This document shows, piece by piece, positions 1 to 10,904 of a stretch of 27,668 nucleotides of DNA. The position numbers and the translations under genes are program-made. The stretch is taken from positions 1 through 27,668 of IMG/VR virus record IMGVR_UViG_3300037311_000445; one strand, 5' to 3'. The DNA comes from a virus (Duplodnaviria; Caudoviricetes). The notes below the pieces were generated by a model that searched no databases, was not told the origin of the DNA, and saw only the letters and a list, made by a program, of their open reading frames with translations. Position 1 is the first letter of the stretch; every line of letters starts with the position of its first letter.

Positions 1-1671
1 TTATGCTAAAAAATCGGGTGCTTGAATCGCTAGTAACACCGCATCGTAAAGGCTTTTTCCTGCGGTTCGAAATCACTTATCCTTATCATAGAATAGTTTG
101 TCCCCAAAGAATACCGTAACTAGAAGTCTTTTGAGTTCGACGTTAGACATTTCCCAAACCATTCTAGGTGACAGGTAGATGTTCTTTGCCTGAACCAATA
201 ACTCTTTTAGTTCCTGATCCGAGATTTTTTCATTCTCATCCAGTTGTTTTTGGTAGTTTTCTTTTTCAATACGCATCAATTCTCGTTCTGCTTCAAGTTC
301 TTCTACAAGATGTACATTATCTGTTTTGAGAATAATTCTACGTGCTTGTGTCATTTCCTTTTGAATTTTTTCTACTGCTTTCTGTTTCTCTTCATTGAGT
401 TTATTTTGAAACCCCTTTCTGTTTTCTCGGAGTCTTTTGATTACCTCTTCCATCAAATTTCGTACTTCTTCATTTACAGTGACCCTGGAAAGGAGGGCAT
501 CAAAATCTGCATGATATAAGTCACGTTTTACTTGAAATCTTTTGGGATCACTTTTGTTTTGGCATCCATAATAGGCATATCTACTATTACGTCCTTTTGC
601 TCGATATCCTGTTAGTTTTTTTTGGCAATACCCACAAAACATGAAATCCCTTAATGGAAAATCAGGATTGTTTTTGAGCATTGTCTTCCCTATGAATTTA
701 CTTTCGTGTCTTTTTTTCAGAATTTTATCGACTGTTTCCATGCTTATCAATGGTTCATGATGTGCAGGAATAAGTTCATCTATTCATCGTTGTGGATGAT
801 GAATAAATCCTGCCATGAAGTAGAGTCTATTCAAAGTGAATAGGGTTTCTACGATGGTCTTATACAATTCTGCCTTGGTATTATGTTGACTATTGCTTTG
901 TAAGCCTTTGTCTTTCATGTACCTAAAGACGGCTGATTCACTCTCGAGTACTCCGTTGGCATAGAGCTCTAATGCTTCTTTGACGATCGGTCACTTTGTT
1001 TCGTGAATGACTACCACACTGTTTTTTCATTGTCTTTCTCTTTTGTATCCAATCGGTACTAACCCAAACGGTCGATACCCTTCGAGGAGTCTTGCTCTCA
1101 TACCGTTCATCGCTTTTACCCTTGTGTTTCTTCTCTCGAATGCGGCGAAAGCATACAAGATGTTTTCTTGTAACATTCATGCACTCGTGTTGTAATCTAC
1201 AGGATACATCACATAGACGATCTCAACACCAGCCTCTCTGATCTTATTTGTCATCACCAGAGTTTCTGCTATGTTGTCATTTCTTGAGATTCTCGAGTTA
1301 TCTACGCAGATAAAATGCGTAATAATCGGCGTTCAATCTGTGTTGGCATACATACGAGGATCGTCACCAGGTTTGATTTTTTTCTTGTCCTTTTCTCGTT
1401 TGAGAATTCTCTTTTTTTGTTTATCGAGAATCTCTAGGACTTCATCAAAACCATCACGATCGAACGTCCCTCAGGATATTCAACCATCTTTGATGACCTT
1501 ATAGACCAGTGCATCGTTTTTGTCGCACCAATCTTTACACATGGATTCTTGTGTTTCCATACCGAAGCGTTCCTCAGCTTGACGCTTGGTACTTACACGA
1601 CAGTAGATCAAAGCTACCTTTTTTTGAGCAGACAAAGTGCTCTTGTTTTGGAATGGGTTTTGTTTATACAT
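1..1671 (-). CDS. Large serine recombinase (integrase), 556 aa
   Basis: N-terminal ALIYCRVST..Q catalytic motif, recombinase domain (EGY[W]PFG..PIGY, HEPLIS), Zn ribbon CGYC...YYGC and coiled coil. ORF-track pieces 1480-1809 and 73-750 are one frame joined through TGA codons, ending at TAA 1-3. Confidence 0.92.
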
Positions 1672-1889
1672 GGTGCGTTGTAAAAAAAGATAAAATCCTT
1701 TTTGGTTACCCAAATACCAAAGAAGGTCAGAAGGTCGTGTTTCTTTCCCAAACCGACCTTTTTTGGTATAACTAAAACTAGCCAAGTTTTCAAGCCAAGA
1801 ATAGCTCAATCATATACGTTCAAAGGTGTTCGGCAAAATCCACCAACTTTTCCACCTGTTGATCACTCAGGTGAGTATTTGTATCTAAC

Positions 1890-1933
1890 AAAAAACGCCT
1901 AGCATCATCAATAGATACTAGACGTTTTTTTTT
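1890..1933 (-). terminator. Intrinsic terminator-like hairpin upstream of the recombinase
   Basis: The minus strand reads AACGTCTAGTATC-TATTGAT-GATGCTAGGCGTT-TTTT, a stem completed by G-U pairs. A/T tracts on both sides suggest it may be bidirectional. Confidence 0.55.
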
Positions 1934-2125
1934 CACTGACCGACGAAGGGTCATCAATCCGTTCACAATGTACTCACTTTACGTTTTTTGTTTGGTGCAT
2001 GGCAGATATGTAAGGAGGATAAAAACATCACAAACATTCCGATAACATTCTCAATAAAGATGTAATTATTTTCTTGAAAAATTCATTCGCAAAAAAAGAA
2101 ATTCTGATAACTAAATATTCTTGAC

Positions 2126-2155
2126 TTGAAAAATAAAAAATTATTCGTATATAGT
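2126..2155 (+). promoter_or_regulatory. Putative sigma70-type promoter for the regulator/packaging operon
   Basis: TTGAAA (2126-2131), 18-nt spacer, TATAGT (2150-2155). The region is AT-rich, so a chance match is possible. Confidence 0.35.
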
Positions 2156-2238
2156 AGCCAATCTGGAAGGAAAAGAGCGTTTGTGGACACTCAATGCAGT
2201 ATTGCATTGTCTGTTGGCTGACGCTCTTTTTTATTTTT
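2156..2238 (+). promoter_or_regulatory. Structured 5' leader (terminator/antiterminator-like)
   Basis: AAAAGAGCGT 2171-2180 pairs with ACGCTCTTTT 2221-2230, followed by a T-rich run. An inner stem forms from CAATGCA/TGCATTG. A crossing alternative pairs AGCCAA 2156-2161 with TTGGCT 2214-2219. Confidence 0.4.
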
Positions 2239-2251
2239 CCAAAAAAAAGCC

Positions 2252-2683
2252 ATGCCACAAAAAAGAGGTAGGAAACCCGTCAACGGGTACATCACTGATT
2301 ACAAACTGTACAAAGATGCCTTTCATCATCTTCTCAAATATATCCATGAGAAGAATCTTCCGAGCTTATATACGAAAGGTAAAATAAACTTCTGAATTCA
2401 TGAACACGATATCATACTCTCCTATATGCTTGATAGTCTCAAAGTTGAGACAACGATAAAAATCGATCTCTCTGATCGTAGACACTGTGATGAACTGAAT
2501 AGAGCTATTCAGGATTTTTTCATTGAAACTCGATACTTGTATGAGCGAGATGGTACTGCTACCAAGAATCAAGACCTCGCAAAGATTCACTGAGTTTCTC
2601 CGCAAGCTATGAAGGTAACTCTTCAAAACATCAAAGACAAGATGAGCCAATTCCGTAACCGTCTGTGATATCAGTCAGAATAA
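2252..2683 (+). CDS. Sigma70 region-4-like HTH protein, probable late-gene transcriptional activator, 143 aa
   Basis: Missing from the ORF track; open with TGA=Gly. The C-terminal KNQDLAKIH[G]VSPQAMKVTLQNIKDKM is HTH-like. It lies shortly upstream of the packaging genes, as RinA/ArpU-type activators do. Confidence 0.65.
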
Positions 2684-2719
2684 TTTTTTTGTCAGATTTT
2701 TATTATTTTTTCTTATCTC

Positions 2720-3925
2720 ATGAAAATTATTAATCTGCCAGTGGATCAATTGATCCCGTATGAGTTCAATAACAAAATACATCCTGAGGATCAGATCAAC
2801 AAAATTGCAAATAGTATTCAGGAGTGCTGATTTAGATCTCCTATCCTGATTGATGAAAACAATGTCATCCTTGCAGGACATGGAAGATTGCTAGGTGCAA
2901 AGAAGCTATGATTGAAAGAAGTGCCAGTGATACAATTTACTGATCTGACAGAACTCCAAAAAAAGAAGTATCGTATCTTGGATAATAAACTCGCAGATCT
3001 TGCTGAATGGAATATTGAAAATTTGAAGATCGAACTTGCAGAGATTGGAGACGCTGATCTTACTGATCTATTTGATGATTTAGATTTGTGATTGGATGAA
3101 GTACTGGATGTTGATGAAGAGAAAGAAGATGACATCCCTGCCGTTCCTGAAACTCCTCGAGTACAACTGGGAGACGTGTTTGAACTCGGTAGTCATAGAT
3201 TGATTTGTGGTGATGCTACCAACTTGGAGACCGTAGAGCAACTCGTAGACGGTCAGCAGGCAGACCTTGTGATCACTGACCCACCCTACAACGTCAACTA
3301 TGAGTGAAGCAGTGGTATGAAAATCCAAAACGATGATATGTCGAATGCTGACTTTTATCAGTTCTTATATGACGTGTATACGAATATGTGTACGGTACAA
3401 AAAGAAGGCTGATCGATCTATGTGTTTCATGCTGATACCGAGGGAGAGAATTTCAGAAAAGCAATGGTCAATGCAGGCTACAAACTTTCTCAATGTCTCG
3501 TTCGAGTAAAAAACTCATTGGTGATGGGAAGACAAGACTATCATTGGAAGCATGAACCTATCTTGTATGGTTGGAAAAAGAATGGAGCACATCAATGGTA
3601 CTCTGACAGATCACAAACGACGGTCTGGAATTTTGATAAACCACTCAAGAATGATATTCACCCTACGATGAAACCAATCGAGATCATTGTGTATGCACTG
3701 AATAACTCCAGTAAGAAATGAGAGCTTGTGCTTGATGTTTTCTGAGGTTCTTGAAGCACGCTTATTGCATGTGAAAAGACAGCAAGGAGATGTTGTACGA
3801 TGGAGCTTGATCCGAAATATGCACAAGTGATTATTCAAAGATATTATGACTATACGAAAGGTAAAAAGACTATTTCGTGTCTTAATCGTAAGATCAAACT
3901 CAAGGATCATTTATCATTGTCATAG
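2720..3925 (+). CDS. ParB/Srx-domain fused DNA N4/N6-methyltransferase, 401 aa
   Basis: N-terminal ParB-like SIQEC[G]FRSPILID..ILAGHGR, then ITDPPYNV (motif IV), CLV[W]VKN..GRQDYHWKHEP, HPTMKP and VLDVF[G]GS[G]STLIACE (motif I). Confidence 0.93.
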
Positions 3926-3931
3926 TTCTCT

Positions 3932-4426
3932 ATGAAATATAATCGACCAAAACTTAAGATACAATACTTGGAGTGAGACTATCTCACTATTTTGGAATTC
4001 TACAAACAGCACCTTAACAGTACGAAACCAGTACCTAAAAATATCAATGCAATCAAGGTGCTTCCATGACAACGAAAGAAGATGACAAAAGGTCGATCAG
4101 ATGAAAAACAACTCATCCAAAAGAAAGTGGAACAACTTGTGGAAGAGGCAACTGCATCTATCCAAGAAAAGATCAAACAGGATGCTCAAGAGAAATTGGA
4201 GGTTGATGTGCATGAACTCATCAAGCAAAAGAAAGCTCTTTTTATTTTGATTAACAAAAAAATCGTTCATCTTGCCAAACATAATCCACAGGATATTCTC
4301 GCCAGGGAGCTCGATATTTTGTTGAATATGGTCAAGAGAGAACTGGGTGAGCCAACCTCTCTCACCAAAAATCACAACATAGAGGAAAAGGCATTTATTC
4401 CATCCGAGGATGAACTGGATGAGTAA
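3932..4426 (+). CDS. terS: Terminase small subunit (putative), 164 aa
   Basis: Begins MKYN[W]PKLKIQYLE[G], is helical, and lies directly upstream of and overlaps terL. Confidence 0.65.
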
Positions 4427-5915
4427 TCCAAGAATACTCTCTAAAGCCTGGCGTATGTCTCATCTGTATAAAATTGTTGATAAGGACTCAAGAACCATCA
4501 CCTTCAAGAGAAACCAAGCACAAGAAAAGTTGAGTGCATACATGAAAGAACTGAAAGAAAAATACTGATTCGTGAGACTGATTATTTTGAAAGCAAGACA
4601 GCTGGGTATGACCACGGATAGATTAGTTGATGGTCTGGATGAATGTCTTTTGAAAACCAATCAAAACATAGTTATCACCGCACACAATAGAGAAAAACAG
4701 AAGGAAATATTCCAAAAGGTGAAATACTCATACCAATACGTCCACGAGGCTCTTAAAAATGAAAGAGGTGTCCGATATAAGCCTAAACCAAAATATGATA
4801 ATGTGAACGAGTTATACTTTCCATCCAACAACTCCAAAATACAGGTCTCCTTGGATAGTAGATCAGGAACTCCTACCAAGTTGCATATCACCGAGCTTGC
4901 CTTCAGAACCGATGCCAGGGAGATGATGGCAGGTACCTTACCATCGATGCCAAAGCATAGTGACATTGTCATCGAAACGACTGCCAACGGTGTATGAAAT
5001 TACTTCTATGAGTTGTGGCACAAATACTATGGAAGGGATGATGGAGAGTTCAAGACGATCTTTATTGGTTGGTGGTTTGCTGACGAGTATCAAACACCAC
5101 TCCTTCCATGAGAGGTTATCAAACTACCTCCAGAGCTTCATCATTTAGAAAGCCTTGAACTTATTCCTGAACAGAAAAAATGGTATCTTGGTCAGTATGA
5201 TATTTTGGGAAGGGATGTATTTCAAGAGTATCCTTCAACACCTGAAGAAGCATTTTTGACAACAGGAGATACGGTCTTCTCTTTGCAAACGATCAAGAAC
5301 CTACCCAAGCAACCGTTCACTGAGGATGGAAAATATCCAAAGCTCAGAATTTACAGACCACCCACTGACTATTGTTTGTACGGTATCGATACCGCTGAAG
5401 GATGAAAAGACGGAGATAACTCTTCTATCAGTGTCAGGGATATGGACATGAATTTACTGGCATGTTACTACGCTCCCATCCCTCCTGATATGTTGTGTGA
5501 GATCATTGATAGGCTCATCGAACTATGATACAAAGGGATTATTGGTATTGAAAGAAACAACACCTGATTGAGTACGATTGTGAAAGCCAAAGATTATGCA
5601 CGGTTCAATATGCTGTATGCAGAAAGAACAATTGATAAGGTCACCAATCAACCGACCAGGAAAGTGTGATGGCAAACGAATACCAAGACGAGACCTTTGA
5701 TGATCAATGAGTATGAAGAAGCAATCAGACGTTCGTTTATTACTCAGGTTGATGAAAGACAAAGGACAGAAATGTACTCGTTCATCTATAATGAGAAACA
5801 TAAACCTGAAGCACAACAAGGAACACACGACGATGCAATCATGGCAGATGCTATTTGTTACCAGATGAGAAAAGAACAGCTCTACGATATGAGTTGGGCA
5901 TTGAAAGACCAATAG
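4419..5915 (+). CDS. terL: Terminase large subunit, 498 aa
   Basis: Walker A-like ILKARQLGMTT, LHITELAF (Walker B), ETTANGV[G]N, QEYPSTPEEAF, and nuclease motifs GIDTAEG[G] and HDDAIMADA. One frame through TGA codons. Confidence 0.93.
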
Positions 5916-5970
5916 ACTGATTTTTTTATACCGTGAGTATAAGCAGTGAAATTTTATCCACTGCTTTTTT
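5913..5970 (+). promoter_or_regulatory. Conserved late-promoter-like motif plus hairpin (copy 1, before portal)
   Basis: TAGACTGA-N12-GTGAG-TATAAG. Hairpin AAGCAGTG/CACTGCTT 5941-5966 followed by a T run. Confidence 0.7.
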
Positions 5971-5975
5971 CTTGG

Positions 5976-7442
5976 ATGCAACAAAAGATAACTCTCGACA
6001 GTATCATCACCAGCGAGGTCTCCAAAAGATCAAAGTTTCAAAAGATCTATGAGAACGAAGCCAGCCACTTTGTGTTGTGAACATACAAAGCCAGTGTTTT
6101 CAATATCAAATCCTATCTGAGCGACAAACAAGAAAAGGATGAATACTTGTATCTTACGGTCAATCTGCTTTCGTTGATGGCAAATACTACTGCCGATTAC
6201 CTGATCGGTGATGGTATTGAAATTGCTATTGATAACGAAGAGGCTCAAAAGAAATGGAACGAGATCGCTCATGCAAACAACTTTGATCAGTTGGTGTACA
6301 ATATTTCTTTGATGAATGGTATCTACGGCTATGCAATTCTCAGAGCAAGAAAAGATGAGGAACAACAAATCATCTTAGAAGAGATACCGTATGATTATTA
6401 CTTTCCACAAGTCGAAGGACTATTTTTGGGAGAAGAACCGAGAGTGATTTATTTGATCAGCAAGATCAATGAAACACTCAATGCACAAGTCCAATCCAAA
6501 GCAAAGATACAATCCTATACCAAGTTAGAGAATGGGAAGCGACTGATTGAATATGGGTTATTCAAAGTCTCACTCGATGGTTGTCAGTATACCTTAGAAC
6601 AAGAACTCGCTCCTGCTGAGCAGTTAGACTTCCTGAATATCTATCGTTTCGACAACAGAAAAACTTCCAACAAGTATCTCGGGATCAGTGATTATTGTGA
6701 TGTGCTTGATCTCTTAGAAGAGGTCAACGATAGGTTCACACAAATATCGGTACAGTTTATCAAACACCTCAACAGTAAAATTTCTCTTCCTGAATGAGTA
6801 TCTGCATTACTCCAAAACAAAGATAAGAAAATTCAGAACTTAGAAGTCTTTGTGCATAGAGCGGGAGAACAACCTGCTCAGTACATTGAAAACCATAACT
6901 CACTCATTCCCGAAGCTCAGAATTATATTGATAAAGTACTGAAACTAATCGGTGCAATCACACAAATCCCTATTTCTTTCTTTTGATTTGAAGAGTCAGG
7001 AGGTGCGGAGAAAGTGGAAGCATTGAGAATCAGACTGACAAAGTTTCTCAAGAAAATCCAAAGGAAACAAAGAATCTTAGAGTTGATGCTTATCAAGTTA
7101 GTGAAACAAACACTAACCTTTGCAGGTGTTCAATGAGAGTTTACCGTGGATATTAAATTCTCGGATGCGATGCTCAAAGACCTCCAACAAAACACACAGA
7201 TGTATATTGATCTTTTCAATACCTCTCTCGTCTCTCAGCATACAGCCATCGCAAACATCTTCAATCGAGATGACGAGATGGTCAAAAAAGAACTCAAACG
7301 CATCAATGATGAGCAAGATGAAAAGCTCAAAAAACAACAACTTTTATCTCTTTCTCCTGATACCAATGGCAATAATTGATCCAAACAAAAGCAACCAGGA
7401 ACTAAGAACGGTACTGATTCTTCTTCTGCTTACAAACAATAA
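5976..7442 (+). CDS. Portal protein (SPP1 gp6-like), 488 aa
   Basis: Position after terL and typical size. Motifs GISDY..V.DL.EE.N and SGGAEKVEALRIR. Track pieces 6147-6797 and 7146-7379 share one frame. Confidence 0.85.
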
Positions 7443-7548
7443 GGAGTTTTGGTGGAAACTTATCAGACTTCTCATCTTTGTGTCATTTGCAATTATCATA
7501 ATCAGTGTCTCGTGTATTTTACCACGGGTACTTCTTTTGAAACTCTAA
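7366..7548 (+). CDS. Small membrane protein, 60 aa, overlapping the portal 3' end
   Basis: ATG 7366 to TAA 7548 with a hydrophobic stretch LIRLLIFVSFAIIIISVSCILP. It fills the gap up to promoter motif 2. Confidence 0.4.
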   Translation: MAIIDPNKSNQELRTVLILLLLTNNKEFWWKLIRLLIFVSFAIIIISVSCILPRVLLLKL

Positions 7549-7604
7549 TAGGTTGATTTTTTATGTACGTGAGTATTGTGCATCGTAGTTTTATTTTCTA
7601 TGAT
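7549..7604 (+). promoter_or_regulatory. Conserved promoter motif plus hairpin (copy 2, before scaffold/capsid)
   Basis: TAGGTTGA-N12-GTGAG-TATTGT. The stem ATCGTAG 7582-7588 / CTATGAT 7598-7604 includes ATG 7600. Confidence 0.7.
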
Positions 7605-8241
7605 CAAATCTTCCATGCCAGATGATGTAAAACCAAACGGTACAGGTGCCGATACTACCTGAAACCCAGCTCCTGCAAGTGACACCCCACCTGCATGATG
7701 AGCCGACACTAAAACAGATCCAAAGGGTGATAATTCAAACGATACTATCCCTTCTTGGAGACTCAAAGAAGAAGCGGATAAACGTAGAGAGTTGGAAACA
7801 AAGCTCAAAGACTACGAAACCAAGGAAACGGAAAGAGAAAAGAAAAATCTCGAGAAACAAGGCAAGTATAAAGAGCTTCTTGATACTGCCAATAAAGAAG
7901 TGGAAACACTGACCGCTAAAGTTGGTGTCATTACCGAGTACGACACTGCCATTACGGGTGTTGTCGATGCTGAGCTTGCAACCATCAAAGCAAGCGTTGG
8001 TGATGAGAAGTTCGAAAAGATCACTTCATTACTCAATATCAATGCACTGACCGCACTGCAAAAACTCCAAATCTTACCTAAGCTTAAAGAGCTTGTCGGC
8101 GAGTTTGGAGAAAAGAAACCTGATCCGAAAGGTGGTCATAGTATCCCTCAACACGATACAACTACCTATGATAAAGCGAAAGGAGCTGGTGACTTCAACG
8201 GCATGCTTGGTTCAATTATCGAGTGAGTACTGAAAAAATAA
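7600..8241 (+). CDS. Head scaffolding protein, 213 aa (start 7600 or 7615)
   Basis: Low-complexity P/D/G N-terminus, then TIPSWRLKEEADKRRELE and a coiled coil with EKQGKYKEL. Located between portal and capsid. Confidence 0.75.
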
Positions 8242-8268
8242 TATTTTTACTTTTTGATAGCTTATCCT

Positions 8269-9435
8269 ATGTCACAATTATCATTTGATCTATCACAGAT
8301 CACCGAGAGACAAGTCCTGGACTTGTTTACTCAATTCCTCAAAGAACAATCCTCAGCATTGGAGATTTTTTTGAGAAACGGACAGAAATATAATGCAGGT
8401 ACTAACAACAAATATGAGTGGATGGAAAGCCAACTTACTCCTATGTCTTGGCAACTCAATGGTGCTATAACGCCATTAGTAACCAACACCAACTTCACCT
8501 TCGTATCAACGGCAGGATTAAGACCAAATATGATCTTAAGATTTGTCACGACATCAACGAATGGTGATGTCGGTAATGTACAAGTAAAGATTGTGAGTAT
8601 TACTTCTGCTACGGTAGCAGTCGGTGTTTTGTATGGTGGTACAACAGCCGTTGCACTTAACAACACCATGACAGCAAAACTCATGTCTGAAGCTGTACAA
8701 GAAAATGAAAAAAATATTGTTGGTGTCGATGAACGACAACCTACTATGGAATTCAACTTCTTCCAAATTTTCAGAAACGCTGTTGAACTTTCTGATACTG
8801 CATTGAACTCTGCGGTATATGGAAACGTGAACACCCTTGCTGAACAGCTCAAAGGAGCATTCTACAAGATGAGACAACAACTCTCTGAACAAGTATTGAG
8901 AGGTCGTAGAGTTGCAAGAACATCAGGTGAAAACGGTACCTTTGGAGGTATGTTTCAATATCTCGATGTAGCAGGTGGAAATGTTATTGATGCTGGTGGT
9001 GCCGCATTATCGCAAGCACTTATAAACAATCTTGTGCAGTTGATTATTGAAGACGGAGGTGTTGCAAATACCATTGTCTGTAATATTAACCAAGCAAGAA
9101 AAATCTCAGGATTCAATGTTGCAGGTAACAATCCCGTGATTGCTCAAAACTCTACTGATGCAGGTAGTTATGTATTGAGATTTATCTCTGATATTCCTGT
9201 CGCAGGTGGTGTGGTATCAAATATCCTCTTGGATGAAAAGATGCCAAATAATGGAATTCAGTTGATTGATATCAACAGGATGGCTCTTGTCCCTTATCAA
9301 AACAGAGGTGTGAAACTTGTACCAGGAACCCAACCAGGGCAAGATGGACAAACAGCAATCCTCAGAGGTGAATATTCAATGGTCGTGAGAGATGCAAAAT
9401 ACTCACACGGTATCATCAAAAATATTCTCCCATAA
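8269..9435 (+). CDS. Major capsid protein (SU10/DUF5309-like HK97 fold), 388 aa
   Basis: Follows the scaffold. Motifs KYEWME, NFFQIFRNAVELSDT, GTFGGM and a C-terminal GEYSMVVR..HG.I.N. Confidence 0.85.
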   Translation: MSQLSFDLSQITERQVLDLFTQFLKEQSSALEIFLRNGQKYNAGTNNKYEWMESQLTPMSWQLNGAITPLVTNTNFTFVSTAGLRPNMILRFVTTSTNGDVGNVQVKIVSITSATVAVGVLYGGTTAVALNNTMTAKLMSEAVQENEKNIVGVDERQPTMEFNFFQIFRNAVELSDTALNSAVYGNVNTLAEQLKGAFYKMRQQLSEQVLRGRRVARTSGENGTFGGMFQYLDVAGGNVIDAGGAALSQALINNLVQLIIEDGGVANTIVCNINQARKISGFNVAGNNPVIAQNSTDAGSYVLRFISDIPVAGGVVSNILLDEKMPNNGIQLIDINRMALVPYQNRGVKLVPGTQPGQDGQTAILRGEYSMVVRDAKYSHGIIKNILP

Positions 9436-9462
9436 TTTTTACTTTCTTAATCGCACACGCTC

Positions 9463-9810
9463 ATGCCTTCAAAAAAATCAAAACAAGCTCCTGTTGATGA
9501 AACACCAGAAACAGAAGATGAAAACATAGATGAAACAGATATCGAAACTCCTCCTGAAGAGGACGAGAACATAGAGCCTGAGGTGGAGAATGATCCTGTT
9601 CCTGAAGAGACACAAGAACCTCCTTTGGAACAGGCTGTTCACTTTAGAAATGCCAACATTACCTCGCTGTCATTCGTAACAGAAACGGGTAAGATGTACA
9701 GTTTTACTGATGGTGTTTTTAGTACGTATGATCAAAATGTTATTGAAAGACTCAAACAAACTGAGGACTTCAAAAACTGATTCATTACTGAATTTGACCC
9801 TGAAGCATAG
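9463..9810 (+). CDS. Acidic hypothetical virion-module protein, 115 aa
   Basis: E/D/P-rich N-terminus. Reads through TGA 9778-9780 to TAG 9808-9810. Confidence 0.65.
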
Positions 9811-9828
9811 TCTGACTTTTATTTTTTT

Positions 9829-10041
9829 ATGCATACTGCTATGGATGTTTGTATCACGAGAGATTGTCAGATAGACGACGTTTTTCATCACGAAGGTGAA
9901 GAACTCACGATTGAAGATCATCAATTTAATCCTGATTGTATGAGGAGAGTCGAGCCTCTCCCTGAAGAAGAGAAACCGACCGATGAAGCACCTGATGATC
10001 CACCACCTGACAATAAAAATTCTAAAAAAGGAAAAAAATAA
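9829..10041 (+). CDS. Small hypothetical head-module protein, 70 aa
   Basis: Clean ATG-TAA ORF after a T-rich leader, with an acidic/Pro then Lys-rich tail. Confidence 0.6.
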   Translation: MHTAMDVCITRDCQIDDVFHHEGEELTIEDHQFNPDCMRRVEPLPEEEKPTDEAPDDPPPDNKNSKKGKK

Positions 10042-10077
10042 TCTGACCGAAACGATGAGCATATGCTTGTCGTTTTT

Positions 10078-10108
10078 TAGATTTACTTTTTGTGGTTGTG
10101 AGTATGAT
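10078..10108 (+). promoter_or_regulatory. Conserved promoter motif (copy 3)
   Basis: TAGATTTA-N12-GTGAG-TATGAT. Confidence 0.7.
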
Positions 10109-10142
10109 GTCCGTACTTTTCATCCTTTATGCAACATCTCTC

Positions 10143-10568
10143 ATGACTCACAATATTACCGCACCCTTTGTGAAGACTACAACACTTATTACTAACCTTG
10201 CAAACGAAGCAGATGCAACGGTCGATAAGTATGTGCAAAGAGCATTGTCGATTGTTCTTTCGTATATCAACGGTCAGCAATTTTATGATGCAGAGACAGA
10301 TACCTACACCTTTCCTGAACAACTCATCCTTGCCGTGGTCTATGTCGTTGAAACCATCTATCTCGATCAGGGTATGTTTGCAGGAAAAAATAATCTGCAA
10401 TCAGAAAGCATCGGTGATTACAGCTATTCTAAAAAACAGGATGCCAAAGTTCTCCCACTTGATCTGCCTGCCAATATTATGGCGATGCTTGATCCGTACA
10501 AAAATTGGTGTGGAAATCTTGATGTTGATGTTGGGTGATACGATAGAGTTTATCCTGTAACTTCATAA
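10143..10568 (+). CDS. Head-tail adaptor (SPP1 gp15/HK97 gp6-like), 141 aa
   Basis: SESIGDYSYS and LPANIMAMLDPY motifs typical of adaptors, plus gene position. Confidence 0.75.
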
Positions 10569-10571
10569 CTC

Positions 10572-10904
10572 ATGCTCCCTAGTTTATATACTCAAGAATT
10601 CAGTCTCAAGATACCTGACACTACCAATAATGGAGGTATTCCTGTGCCTGCTCGAACAGAAATAGCAGTTTTTAAATGAAGACTTATTCGCTCTAGTAAA
10701 CAGCAAATTATCAATCTTACCCAAGGGAAAGTAGCGAGGGTACAATGAGAATTATACACACTCTATTGTGATGTCAGTGTTCCCATAATGAAAGATTATG
10801 CCGTAAAACTTACTGGTCATTTTTATCTCGTCAATACTGTGTATGTGGTGCATGATGCCTTGTGACCTCACCACCTCAGTTGCGATCTTACCGAACGACA
10901 TTAA
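10572..10904 (+). CDS. Head closure protein (putative), 110 aa
   Basis: Open with TGA=Gly. NNGGIPVPA[W]TE.. and a C-terminal PHHLSCDL; position after the adaptor. Confidence 0.6.

Noticed and set aside
62-76. GGTTCGAAATC resembling a tRNA T-arm or att core
   Set aside because: No cloverleaf or acceptor stem, no second copy noticed, and it lies inside the recombinase coding sequence.
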